From Polyangiales bacterium (lineage in GTDB: Bacteria; Myxococcota_A; Polyangia; Polyangiales; JADJQN01), in the NCBI GenBank assembly GCA_964202905.1, contig CAXNJO010000001.1:640001-704000 (forward strand): a stretch of DNA of 64,000 nucleotides, given 5' to 3'. Under the pieces are notes generated by a model. The model saw only the letters and a program-made list of their open reading frames with translations. It had not been told where the DNA came from and ran no database searches. The position numbers and the translations under genes are program-made. This document shows positions 1 to 9,414 of the stretch, one piece after another (positions within the stretch are counted from its first letter, which is position 1; each line of letters begins with the position of its first letter).

Positions 1-1
1 C

Positions 2-592
2 ATCGACGTGCGCGTGATCGCCGCGACGAACCGCGATCTCCGGCAGATGGTCAACGCCGGCACCTTCCGCGAGGATCTCTTCTACCGGCTGAGCGTCGTG
101 CAGATCGACCTCCCGCCGCTGCGCGAGCGGCCCGAGGACATCCCGCTGCTCGTGGGCGTGATCCTCGACGATCTCGCGTCGCGCTGGGCCCGCGGCGAGG
201 CCCCGCGCGCGCAGCGCGTCGATCCGGAGGCGATGGCGCGGCTCGTGCGCCACGCGTGGCCCGGCAACGTGCGCGAGCTGAAGAACACGATCGAGCGCGC
301 CGCGTCGCTGGCGGACGGCGACGAACTCACGGTGAGGGACCTGCTCCCCTCGAGCGTGAAGACGCCCCCCGAGCCGCTCCCCGGCGGCGCGGCCGAGCAG
401 CTCGTGGGTGAGGATCTCCCCTTCAAGGAGGCCAAACAGCGGGTCACCGACGCCTTCGAGGCCGCGTACCTCAAGGCGCTGCTCGACAAGCACGGCGGCA
501 ACATCACGCGGAGCGCGCAGGCCGCGGGGCTCACGCGCTTCCACCTGCGCGAGCTCGCGAAGCGCTACGGGTTCCGCGGCGCGACGGAATGA
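2..592 (+). CDS. Sigma54-dependent transcriptional activator, C-terminal part (AAA+ end and Fis-type HTH); 5' end outside the window
   Basis: DVRVIAATNRDL, FREDLFYRL and WPGNVREL motifs; C-terminal GGNITRSAQAAGLTR HTH. Confidence 0.93.
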   Translation: MDVRVIAATNRDLRQMVNAGTFREDLFYRLSVVQIDLPPLRERPEDIPLLVGVILDDLASRWARGEAPRAQRVDPEAMARLVRHAWPGNVRELKNTIERAASLADGDELTVRDLLPSSVKTPPEPLPGGAAEQLVGEDLPFKEAKQRVTDAFEAAYLKALLDKHGGNITRSAQAAGLTRFHLRELAKRYGFRGATE

Positions 593-611
593 CTTGCTAG
601 GCTGCGCGCCC

Positions 612-1931
612 GTGCGTCCGCGCCGCGCCGTGTCGTCTCCCGTCCCGTGGCTGCTCGCGGCGAGCGTGGTTTGGGGGGCATTTCCCGTCGTTTCCGCGCA
701 GCCGCGCGGCGCGGCGAGCGCGGGGCTCGCGCCGCGTGACTCGGCGGTGCGCTCGCTGCGCGTCATCGAGGAGGGCACCGTGGTGCGCGTGGAGCCGCGC
801 GAGGGCGGCGCGCGGCGCGGGACGCTCGTCGCCGGCACGCTCGTCGCGGCAGGGAGGCGCGTCGCGGGCGCAGGTTGCCCGACGGGCGTGTGGGTCGAGG
901 TCGCCGCGGACGCGTGGCTGTGCGAGTCGGCGACGGAAGGCGCGCGCGCCGCGCCCGCCGGGGCCGCGCAGCCGCCGCTCGGGCCGGACGCGCTGCTGCC
1001 GTTCGCATACGCGTTCGTCGGCTTCGACGCGACGCGCGCCTACGCGCGGCCCTCCGATTACGACGCCGACGAGTACGCCGAGGCCTACGGCGAGGGCTTC
1101 GGGCTCGCGGTGCGCGGGCGGGCGACGTACGCGGGCGTGCCCTTCGTCGTCACGCGCGCGGGGCGCTACGTGCCCGAGGAGGGGCTGCGCTTCGCCCGGG
1201 CGAGCGACTTCGCGGGCGTCGCGCTCGCGGGGGATGCGCCGCTCGACGTCGCGTGGGCGCGCCGCGATGGCGTCGTCGTGCTGGGCGCGCCGCGCCGTGG
1301 CCGGCCGCTCGCGCGCCTCACGCGCCTCTCCCGTGTGCGCGTGCTCGGCGAAGCGCGCGGGATGCTGCGCGTCTCCCTCGACGACGCTGCCGCGACCCGT
1401 TTCGCCGCCAACACGGACGCCAACACCCCGCCGCTGACCGGCTACGTCGCCGCGCGCGACCTCGTGCGGCCCCTCGTCGTGCCGCGCCCCGCGGAGGTCG
1501 CCGCAGGCGAGCGCTGGCTCGACGTGGACACCGCGACGCAGACGCTCGTCGCGTACGAAGGCGACCATCCGCGCTACGCGACGCTCGTCTCGACGGGCCG
1601 CGCGGGCCCCGCGACCGAGACGCCGCGCGGCGTGCACCGCATCTGGGTGAAGCTCGCGACGAGCGACATGGACGACCTCGAGCGCGAGGACGTCGAGCGC
1701 AACTACCGCATCGAGGCGGTGCCGTGGGTGCAGTTCTTCGCGGGCTCCGCGGGCCTGCATGCGGCCTTCTGGCACGACGCGTACGGCACGCGGCACAGCC
1801 ACGGCTGCGTGAACCTCTCGCCGCGCGACGCGCGCGCGCTCTTCGACTTCACCGGGCCCGCGCTGCCGCCCGGCTGGAGCGCGGTGCTGCCATCGGCCCG
1901 CGATCGCGGCACCGTGGTGCGCGTGCGCTGA
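612..1931 (+). CDS. L,D-transpeptidase (YkuD) family protein
   Basis: GLHAAFWH...SHGCVNL catalytic His/Cys motif; VSTG and TPRG motifs. Start moved to GTG 612, downstream of a TAGGCT -10 element. Confidence 0.88.
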   Translation: MRPRRAVSSPVPWLLAASVVWGAFPVVSAQPRGAASAGLAPRDSAVRSLRVIEEGTVVRVEPREGGARRGTLVAGTLVAAGRRVAGAGCPTGVWVEVAADAWLCESATEGARAAPAGAAQPPLGPDALLPFAYAFVGFDATRAYARPSDYDADEYAEAYGEGFGLAVRGRATYAGVPFVVTRAGRYVPEEGLRFARASDFAGVALAGDAPLDVAWARRDGVVVLGAPRRGRPLARLTRLSRVRVLGEARGMLRVSLDDAAATRFAANTDANTPPLTGYVAARDLVRPLVVPRPAEVAAGERWLDVDTATQTLVAYEGDHPRYATLVSTGRAGPATETPRGVHRIWVKLATSDMDDLEREDVERNYRIEAVPWVQFFAGSAGLHAAFWHDAYGTRHSHGCVNLSPRDARALFDFTGPALPPGWSAVLPSARDRGTVVRVR

Positions 1932-1968
1932 CGGCGTCGCCGCCCACCGTCCGCGCGTCGCCCCGCCG

Positions 1969-2026
1969 CTGAACCGCCATTCATCGGCGCTGAACGTTGA
2001 TTCATTTGCCGCCGCGGGCGTAGCCT
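1969..2026 (+). promoter_or_regulatory. Promoter (TTGATT-N18-TAGCCT) overlapped by two TGAA-N6-TTCA palindromic sites 21 bp apart
   Basis: CTGAACCGCCATTCAT (1969-1984) and CTGAACGTTGATTCAT (1990-2005); -10 at 2021-2026 lies 7 nt before ATG 2034. Confidence 0.55.
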
Positions 2027-2033
2027 CGGGCCC

Positions 2034-3266
2034 ATGTCGCTGCGCGGTCGCCTCCTCGTCACGCTCGCGTCTCTCGTGCTCGTTCCCGTCGCGCTCGCCG
2101 CGTGCGGCGACGACGACGGTGTCGTCCCGGTGCCGCCCCCGCTCGACGGCGGCGCGGATCTCGGCGGCGACGTCGACCTCGGCGCCGACCTCGACGCGGG
2201 TCCACCCGCCACCGACGCGGGCGCGCGGCCGACGACGTCGCCGGGCTACGAGCCGGGCGCGCCGCTCACCGCGACGCCGGGCGCGTGGACGTGGATCGAC
2301 TTCCCCGACGCGCGCTGTCAGGACGGCTCGCCCACCGGCCTCGGCGTGAACCCGAGCCCCACCGGCTCCGACCGGTTGGTCATCTACCTCGAGGGCGGCG
2401 GCGCCTGCTTCAACGACCTCACCTGCGCGACGGTCGCGAACCCGAACGGCTTCGGCGCGGCCAACTTCGCGGGTGGTCCGCGCGGCGGGATCTACAACCG
2501 GAGCGACGCCACCAACCCCTTCCGCGACTGGAACATCGTCTACGTCCCGTACTGCTCGGGCGACATCTTCGCGGGGAACAACCCCGTGCCGCAGACGCTC
2601 GCCGGCGTCGACAAGGTCTTCCTCGGCTACGTCAACATGGGGCTCTTCCTCAACCGCATCGTGCCGACGTTCGCGGACGCCTCGATGGTCGTGATCACCG
2701 GCTCGAGCGCGGGCGGCTTCGGCGCGGCGTTCAACTACGACCGCGCGCAGGCGGCCTTCGGCGACGTGCCGGTGCACCTGCTCGACGACTCGGGCCCGAT
2801 CATGTCGCCGACGTTCTTGAAGCCCTGCCTGCAGGACGCGCTGCGCGACACGTGGAACCTCGACGCGACGCTGCCGCCGACGTGCACCGAGTGCCGCACC
2901 CGCGGCACGGGCCTCTCCAACGCGCTGCCGCACGTCATCGCGCGGCACCCCGACCGCCGCTTCGCGCTGCTCTCGTCGACGCGCGACAACGTGATCCGCT
3001 TCTTCATGGGCTTTGGCCTGAGCACCGACTGCGGCACGGCCGAGAACTTCCCCGGCACGGACTTCACCGCGGGCCTGCTCGAGCTGCGCGACACCACGCT
3101 CGCGGACGCGCCCAACTTCCGCACCTGGTACATCGCCTCGTCGGAGCACACCTGGCTGAACCGCGACCCGTCCTACATGGCGCCGGGCACGCCGCCGGTG
3201 CCGGTGCGCGAATTCATCCAGCAGTTCATCGACGGCGACGCGGGCTGGGGCCACGTCGGCCCGTGA
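2034..3266 (+). CDS. Pectin acetylesterase/Notum-like alpha/beta-hydrolase lipoprotein
   Basis: Lipobox LAAC; CQDGSP, YLEGGGAC, VPYCSGD and GSSAGG (nucleophile) motifs. Confidence 0.85.
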   Translation: MSLRGRLLVTLASLVLVPVALAACGDDDGVVPVPPPLDGGADLGGDVDLGADLDAGPPATDAGARPTTSPGYEPGAPLTATPGAWTWIDFPDARCQDGSPTGLGVNPSPTGSDRLVIYLEGGGACFNDLTCATVANPNGFGAANFAGGPRGGIYNRSDATNPFRDWNIVYVPYCSGDIFAGNNPVPQTLAGVDKVFLGYVNMGLFLNRIVPTFADASMVVITGSSAGGFGAAFNYDRAQAAFGDVPVHLLDDSGPIMSPTFLKPCLQDALRDTWNLDATLPPTCTECRTRGTGLSNALPHVIARHPDRRFALLSSTRDNVIRFFMGFGLSTDCGTAENFPGTDFTAGLLELRDTTLADAPNFRTWYIASSEHTWLNRDPSYMAPGTPPVPVREFIQQFIDGDAGWGHVGP

Positions 3267-3354
3267 GCGTCGCGAGGTCGCGCGTCTCGCGACGAACCAC
3301 GTCGGAGCCGGCTGGGTGGACCCCCGCGGCGTGGCTGTCTACAGTGACGCCCTG

Positions 3355-4263
<909 letters not shown>

Positions 4264-4266
4264 GTC

Positions 4267-5302
4267 ATGCCGCGCGTTCTCCTCATCGACGACCACAAGA
4301 CGGCGCGCATCGCGCTGCAGACGGCGCTCGAGCCGTTCGGATTCGACGTCGAGCAGGCCGACGGCGGCCCCGCGGGCCTGCAAAAAGCGCTCAGCGCGCG
4401 CTGGGACCTGATTTTCCTCGACCTCGAGATGCCGGTGATGGACGGGGCGACGGTGCTCCGCCTCGTGCGCGCGCGCGACGCGCGGACGCCGATCGTGCTC
4501 GTCACGAGCGTGTCGTCGACGCCGGTGCTCACGGCGACGATGCGCCTCGGCGCGACGAGCTATCTCCCGAAGTCGCTGCCGCCCGCGCAGCTGCGCGCGG
4601 CGGTCGCGAAGCTGCTCCAGGTCGAGCCCCCGCGCCTCGACGCGCCCGGTCCGCGCGTGCTCGTCTACACCGCGGACGACGCGCTCGCGCGCGTGCTCTC
4701 CGCGCGTCTGCCCGCCAACGTGCAGGTCTCCTCGGAGTCGAACGTCGAGTCGCTGCTGGAGCTGTGCGCGCGCCGCGGCCCGGGGCTCGTGCTGCTCGAC
4801 GACGCCACGCGGAGCGAGGGGCTGCACGTGGCGGCGGCGTCCGTCCGCGCGATGGCGCCGATGCGCGGGGGTGTTCGTCCTCCGCGAGGACGCGCCCGCC
4901 GAGGGCAGCTGGAGCGACGACGACCAGATCGATGGCGCCGTGCCGCGCGGATTCGGCGAGGTGCTCGGCTACGAGCTGCTCTACCTGAACTTCCTGCGCC
5001 CGCTCGTCTTCCTCGAGGAGCGCAAGGTGCGCGCGGCCTCCTTCCAAGGCGACGAGGCCCATCTCCCCGCGTATTTCTGCGCGCTCGGGCGGCAGCTCGT
5101 GGCCCGCTGCGCGCGGCTCGAGCGCGCCGACGCGCTCCGCATCGAGCTCCACGCCGTCCCCGATGGGGCCGGCCTCGTGCCGATGATCGCGGGCGTCAGC
5201 CACGCGCTCGCCGGGCACGGGACGCAGCCGTGGTTCGACCTGCGCGCCGCGCACGAGCCGCTCAAGTTCGATCCTTCGCTCGCCGAGGTCTTCTTCCTCT
5301 GA
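4267..5302 (+). CDS. Response regulator (REC, degenerate second REC-like region, unknown C-terminal domain); apparent frameshift near 4860-4871
   Basis: VLLIDDH, DLEMPVMDG and YLPK receiver motifs; the coding-like frame continues in ORF 4871-5302 after a G run. Confidence 0.72.
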
Positions 5303-5330
5303 GCGGCGCGCCGCTGCGTGGCGTCGCGCG

Positions 5331-6908
5331 TCAGCCCGCGGCGAGGTAGATGCGCAGGGTCTCGGCGGCGTCGCGTTTGTCGAAGGGTGCGCCCGCGAGC
5401 TCCGCGCGGCGCGAGACCGCGGCGAACAGCGCTTCGAGCCAGGTGTGGAGCGCCCGGCACTCGGCCGTCGCGGCCGCCATGCGCGCGCGGTCGAGCAGGT
5501 CCACGTCGCGGAGCGACTCGAGCGACGCGAGAAAGGGCTCGAGCCGCCCGTAGTCGCCGAGGCGCACGAGCTGATAGCCGATCGCGCGGAAATGCTGGAG
5601 GAAGTCGCGCACGAAGGAGAAGCTCCCTGCGCCCGCCCACCGATCGACGGACTCGAGCGACGCGCTCGCCTTCGCGTCGAACGCACGCAGCACCTGCACG
5701 AACATCCACACCTCGCGGCGCAGCCGCTCGCTCGCCGCGCGCCGCGCCTCGGCGTCGAGCGCGAGCTCGGGCGGCGGCGCCGCCGGACGCAGCTCGGCGC
5801 AGAGCACGCGCAGCGCGTGCTGGAGCGCCGCGCGCACCTGCGCCGCGACCACGATGAGTTGCGGTGCGAGCGCCGCGACCGGCAGGTCGGGCGCGGGCGG
5901 CGGCACGTCACGCTCGAAGGCTTTGCGCATCTCGACGCGCAAGGTGCTCGCGACCGTGTCGAGGACCGCGCGCAGGCGCGCGAGCCCGCGGAGCTGCGCC
6001 TCGAGCGCGTCCGCGTGCGCCGAGAGATGCGCCGCGTCGAGGGCGAGTAGCTCGTGCTCGGCGCCATCGGCGATCTGGTCCGCGGCGCGCCGCGAGAGAA
6101 AGCGCGTGAGCGCCCGCAGGTCGCTGCGCAGCACGGCGAGCAGCACGTAGGCGCGGCGCACGGACTCGCCCTCCGCGGCGCAGACCTCGACGAGCGCCAC
6201 GTAGCGGAGCGCACGCGACAACGCGAGGAAGGTGAGCGCGGCGACGCGGTGTGCGGCCTCGCTGGAGATCGCGTGCAGCGCCTCGAGCGCCTCGGGGCTG
6301 CGCAGCCGGTCGAACTCGGGCCGGAACTCGAGCGTGACGAGCGGGTCGAAGTACGCGTTGCGCCCGACCTCCCGGGTGATCGTGGCGTGCAGCGCGAGAA
6401 ACGCGCGCTCGGGCACGCGACCCGCGCGGAGCAGCCCGTCCGCGAGCTCGACGAAGTCCCCGAACGCGCTCCGCAGCGCGAGCAGCGACTCGTCGGGCGT
6501 GCCCTGCGAGAGCGGCTCCTTCACGAGCCGGCTGCGCGCCGCGTCCTCGGGCAGCGCGCCGCCGAGGGACCGCGCGAAGGTGCTCGTTTGAGTTCGTTCG
6601 CCGAGCAGCACCCGACACAGCGCGCCCGCCCGCTCGAGCGCGTCGCGCACGATGCGGAGTTCGGCGTGGTGGTCGTGCTCCGGCGGCACCGAGCGCGCGG
6701 GCGGGCCCGGGTGGTTGCGCGGATTGCCGAAGCAGACGAGCCCCTTCAGCAGCATCTCGAGCTCGAAGAGCGTCTCTTCCTTGCGCTCCGAGGAGAGCGC
6801 GTCGAACCAGCTCTCCCGCGCCCGCGCCTGCTCGCGCGGGAGCCGACGCGAGTCGCGCAGGAGGTGCGCGTGGACGTCTCGCTCCGAGGTGCTCGCGGGA
6901 CGGAGCAT
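5331..6908 (-). CDS. Hypothetical all-helical cytoplasmic protein (525 aa)
   Basis: Long ORF with normal codon bias and amphipathic helices; no recognised motif. Confidence 0.75.
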   Translation of the reverse strand: MLRPASTSERDVHAHLLRDSRRLPREQARARESWFDALSSERKEETLFELEMLLKGLVCFGNPRNHPGPPARSVPPEHDHHAELRIVRDALERAGALCRVLLGERTQTSTFARSLGGALPEDAARSRLVKEPLSQGTPDESLLALRSAFGDFVELADGLLRAGRVPERAFLALHATITREVGRNAYFDPLVTLEFRPEFDRLRSPEALEALHAISSEAAHRVAALTFLALSRALRYVALVEVCAAEGESVRRAYVLLAVLRSDLRALTRFLSRRAADQIADGAEHELLALDAAHLSAHADALEAQLRGLARLRAVLDTVASTLRVEMRKAFERDVPPPAPDLPVAALAPQLIVVAAQVRAALQHALRVLCAELRPAAPPPELALDAEARRAASERLRREVWMFVQVLRAFDAKASASLESVDRWAGAGSFSFVRDFLQHFRAIGYQLVRLGDYGRLEPFLASLESLRDVDLLDRARMAAATAECRALHTWLEALFAAVSRRAELAGAPFDKRDAAETLRIYLAAG

Positions 6909-6962
6909 GGCGCCCGTGAGTCTACGTGCTTTGCCGCGCGAGGCGACGGAAACCCCGCGCCT

Positions 6963-8216
6963 TCAGATCAGCAGCGGGCAGCCGAACTCGAAGCGCACGT
7001 TGCCCACGGTCCCGTCACGCAGCGCCTGACACGCGGTGCCCTCGAGCTCGATCGTGAGGCCGTCGTCGCTGAGCACGAAGCCGTCGCCGGTGTCGCGCGG
7101 GGTCGGCGCGTCGTCGAGGAAGACGTTGACGTTCGTGCGATCGGGCGGGGCCGAGGCGAGCGCGAAGCGGCACGAGACCTCGGCGTCCGAGATCGTGCCG
7201 AGCGCCGAGACGAGCGAGGCCGCGTCGCTCGCCGCGTAGTACGAGGGCGAGCCGCTGCGCGCGGTGCCGCCCGCGGAGGCCATCGCGTCGAGCACCCCTG
7301 CGTACTCCTCCGTGCCCGGGATGCCGACGACGTAGGTGCGGATCCCGCGATCGCGGAGGCTCCGGATCGCCGCGATCGTCGCGCCGTCGTCGAGGCAGCC
7401 GATGAAGCCGAGCGTGCCGCAGAACGCGCTCGAGGTCGTGCAGCGGCAGCCCGCTGAGCCCGCGCCACAGTTCGGCCCGCCGTCCGTCGCGAGCACGAGC
7501 ACCCCGTCGCTCGACCCGGCGAGCGAGGCCGCGGCCGTCTCGAGCGCGACGCGCGTGGGCGTGAACCCGCCCGCGCAGAGCGGCGCGTTCTCCGGCGCGG
7601 TCAGCGTGTCGCGGATGGCCGTCGCCGTGCGCAGCGCGGGCGCGACGAGCGTCGTGGGCGGACGCGCCGTGCAGAAGGAGTCCGGCGTCGCCGCGCCGGT
7701 GAGCGCGCCCGGCCCCGGGAAGACCGTGAGCCCGAAGGAGACACGGTCCTCGCGCGCGGCGGACACGTCCGCGACGGCGCCGCCGAGGTCGTCCCAGAGC
7801 GTGCGGTACGTGATGCCCGTCGCGGGGCGCGAGTTGGTGTCCGCGCAGGAGCCGCGGTCCGCGGCCGCCGGCATCAGCGCGCGATCGGCCGGGTTGAGCG
7901 TCGAGGACGAGCGATCGACCACGAACATCAGCTTCGCGGGCAGGCGCTCGAGCGCGATCGCCTCGCCGCCGCAGAGCACGTTGCCATCGGGTAGGATGGT
8001 GATGCCTCCGTCGCGTGGTGGCCCCGCGTCGAAGTCGGGCGGGCGTGGGCCCCCATCGGGGCCGCCGTCGAAGCCGCCGCCGTCGAGGCGCGTCGGCGGG
8101 CGATCGCTGCGCGTCTCGGTCGTGCAGGCGCCGGACAGCGCGGTGACGATCGTGAGCGCGGCCGACGTGGCGCGCGCGCGGCGGTGTGCGGAACTCGTGT
8201 GGATCGCATGGCTCAT
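6963..8216 (-). CDS. Cys-rich vWA-domain lipoprotein
   Basis: Lipobox-like SGAC; MIDAS DRSSS, TPT, LATDGGPNC, TYVVG; C-terminal LEGTACQAL...FGC module. Confidence 0.85.
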   Translation of the reverse strand: MSHAIHTSSAHRRARATSAALTIVTALSGACTTETRSDRPPTRLDGGGFDGGPDGGPRPPDFDAGPPRDGGITILPDGNVLCGGEAIALERLPAKLMFVVDRSSSTLNPADRALMPAAADRGSCADTNSRPATGITYRTLWDDLGGAVADVSAAREDRVSFGLTVFPGPGALTGAATPDSFCTARPPTTLVAPALRTATAIRDTLTAPENAPLCAGGFTPTRVALETAAASLAGSSDGVLVLATDGGPNCGAGSAGCRCTTSSAFCGTLGFIGCLDDGATIAAIRSLRDRGIRTYVVGIPGTEEYAGVLDAMASAGGTARSGSPSYYAASDAASLVSALGTISDAEVSCRFALASAPPDRTNVNVFLDDAPTPRDTGDGFVLSDDGLTIELEGTACQALRDGTVGNVRFEFGCPLLI

Positions 8217-8235
8217 CTCGTGTCTCCGCGCACGC

Positions 8236-9351
8236 TCAGAACAGCGTGTAACACTCGCGCACGATGCGGAGCGCGTGCGTGCCGCCGTCGCGGAGCGTGT
8301 CGCACGCGGCGCCCGTCAGCTCGACGGTGCGCTCACCCGTGAGCCGCCACGCGCCCGGGCCCATCGAGATCGACTCGTGCGGCACGTCCATGCCGTCGAG
8401 CGTGACGTGCACGTACTGGATGACGGGCACCTCCTCGAGATCGTACGAGCACGACACGATGCTGCCGGCGATGTCGCCGAGCGCCGTCGTGAGCGACGGG
8501 CCGTCGCTCACCTCGATGTGCGTCGGGTAGGCGGTGCCGCCGGCGGCGGCCATGCGGTCGAGCACGTCGGCCCACTCGCTCGTGTCGTAGCCGACGACGA
8601 AGGTCGGGATGCCCGCGGCCTCGAGCGCCTCGATCGCCGCGATCGTCCGCACGTCGTCGACGCAGAGGCGCGGGTTGTTCGGGATGTTGCCCGCGTAGCG
8701 GCAGGTCGAGGCGTTGAGCGCGTCGTTGCAGTTCGGCGCGCCATCGGTGACGAGGAGCACGTAGCTGCGCCCCTCGACCGACGCGAGCGCGGCGCGCGCG
8801 GCGTCGAGCGAGACGGCCGTCGGCGTCCACGAGCCGGTGAGCGTGTTGGGGTCGCCGGTGAGCTCCGCCGCGATCGCGCTCGCGGTGCCCGACGCGGGCG
8901 CGACGTCGACCTTGCCCGCGCCGCAGAGCGTGGAGCCGGCCGGCGCGTCGGGGTTCGCGAAGAGCATGAGGCCGAAGTTCACGCGGTCGTCGAGCGTGGC
9001 GGTCACCTCGCGCAGCGCCGTGACCGCGGGGTTCCAGCGGTCGACGCCGGCGATCCCCGTGCTCGCCTCGCGGTACATGCTCGACGAGCGGTCGAGCACG
9101 ACGAGCACGTTCGCGGTCCCTGGCAGCGCGCGCACGTCGAGCGCCTCGCACGCGCCGTCGTACTCCGGCACCACGACGTCGCGGCCGCCGAAGTCGACCG
9201 CGCCGCCGTCTCCACCGCCACCTCCGCCCCCGCCCCGCCGCGCGTCGTCGCGCCCGGTGCAGCCGGTGTCGAGCGCGACCGAGCCGAGGCAGGCGAGGAG
9301 CAGCGCGGACCGTGCGAGCGTGGGCCGGGCGGACGCGAGAGTGAGCGGCAT
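8236..9351 (-). CDS. Cys-rich vWA-domain lipoprotein (paralog of the neighbouring gene)
   Basis: GGAGG RBS before ATG 9351; signal peptide ending TGC; VLDRSSSM, TPT, VTDGAPNC, TFVVG. Confidence 0.85.
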   Translation of the reverse strand: MPLTLASARPTLARSALLLACLGSVALDTGCTGRDDARRGGGGGGGGDGGAVDFGGRDVVVPEYDGACEALDVRALPGTANVLVVLDRSSSMYREASTGIAGVDRWNPAVTALREVTATLDDRVNFGLMLFANPDAPAGSTLCGAGKVDVAPASGTASAIAAELTGDPNTLTGSWTPTAVSLDAARAALASVEGRSYVLLVTDGAPNCNDALNASTCRYAGNIPNNPRLCVDDVRTIAAIEALEAAGIPTFVVGYDTSEWADVLDRMAAAGGTAYPTHIEVSDGPSLTTALGDIAGSIVSCSYDLEEVPVIQYVHVTLDGMDVPHESISMGPGAWRLTGERTVELTGAACDTLRDGGTHALRIVRECYTLF

Positions 9352-9414
9352 GGTCGGACCTCCAACAGGCAGCTTGGAGACACGGCGATGACACTTCGAT
9401 AACATCTCCGCGTC

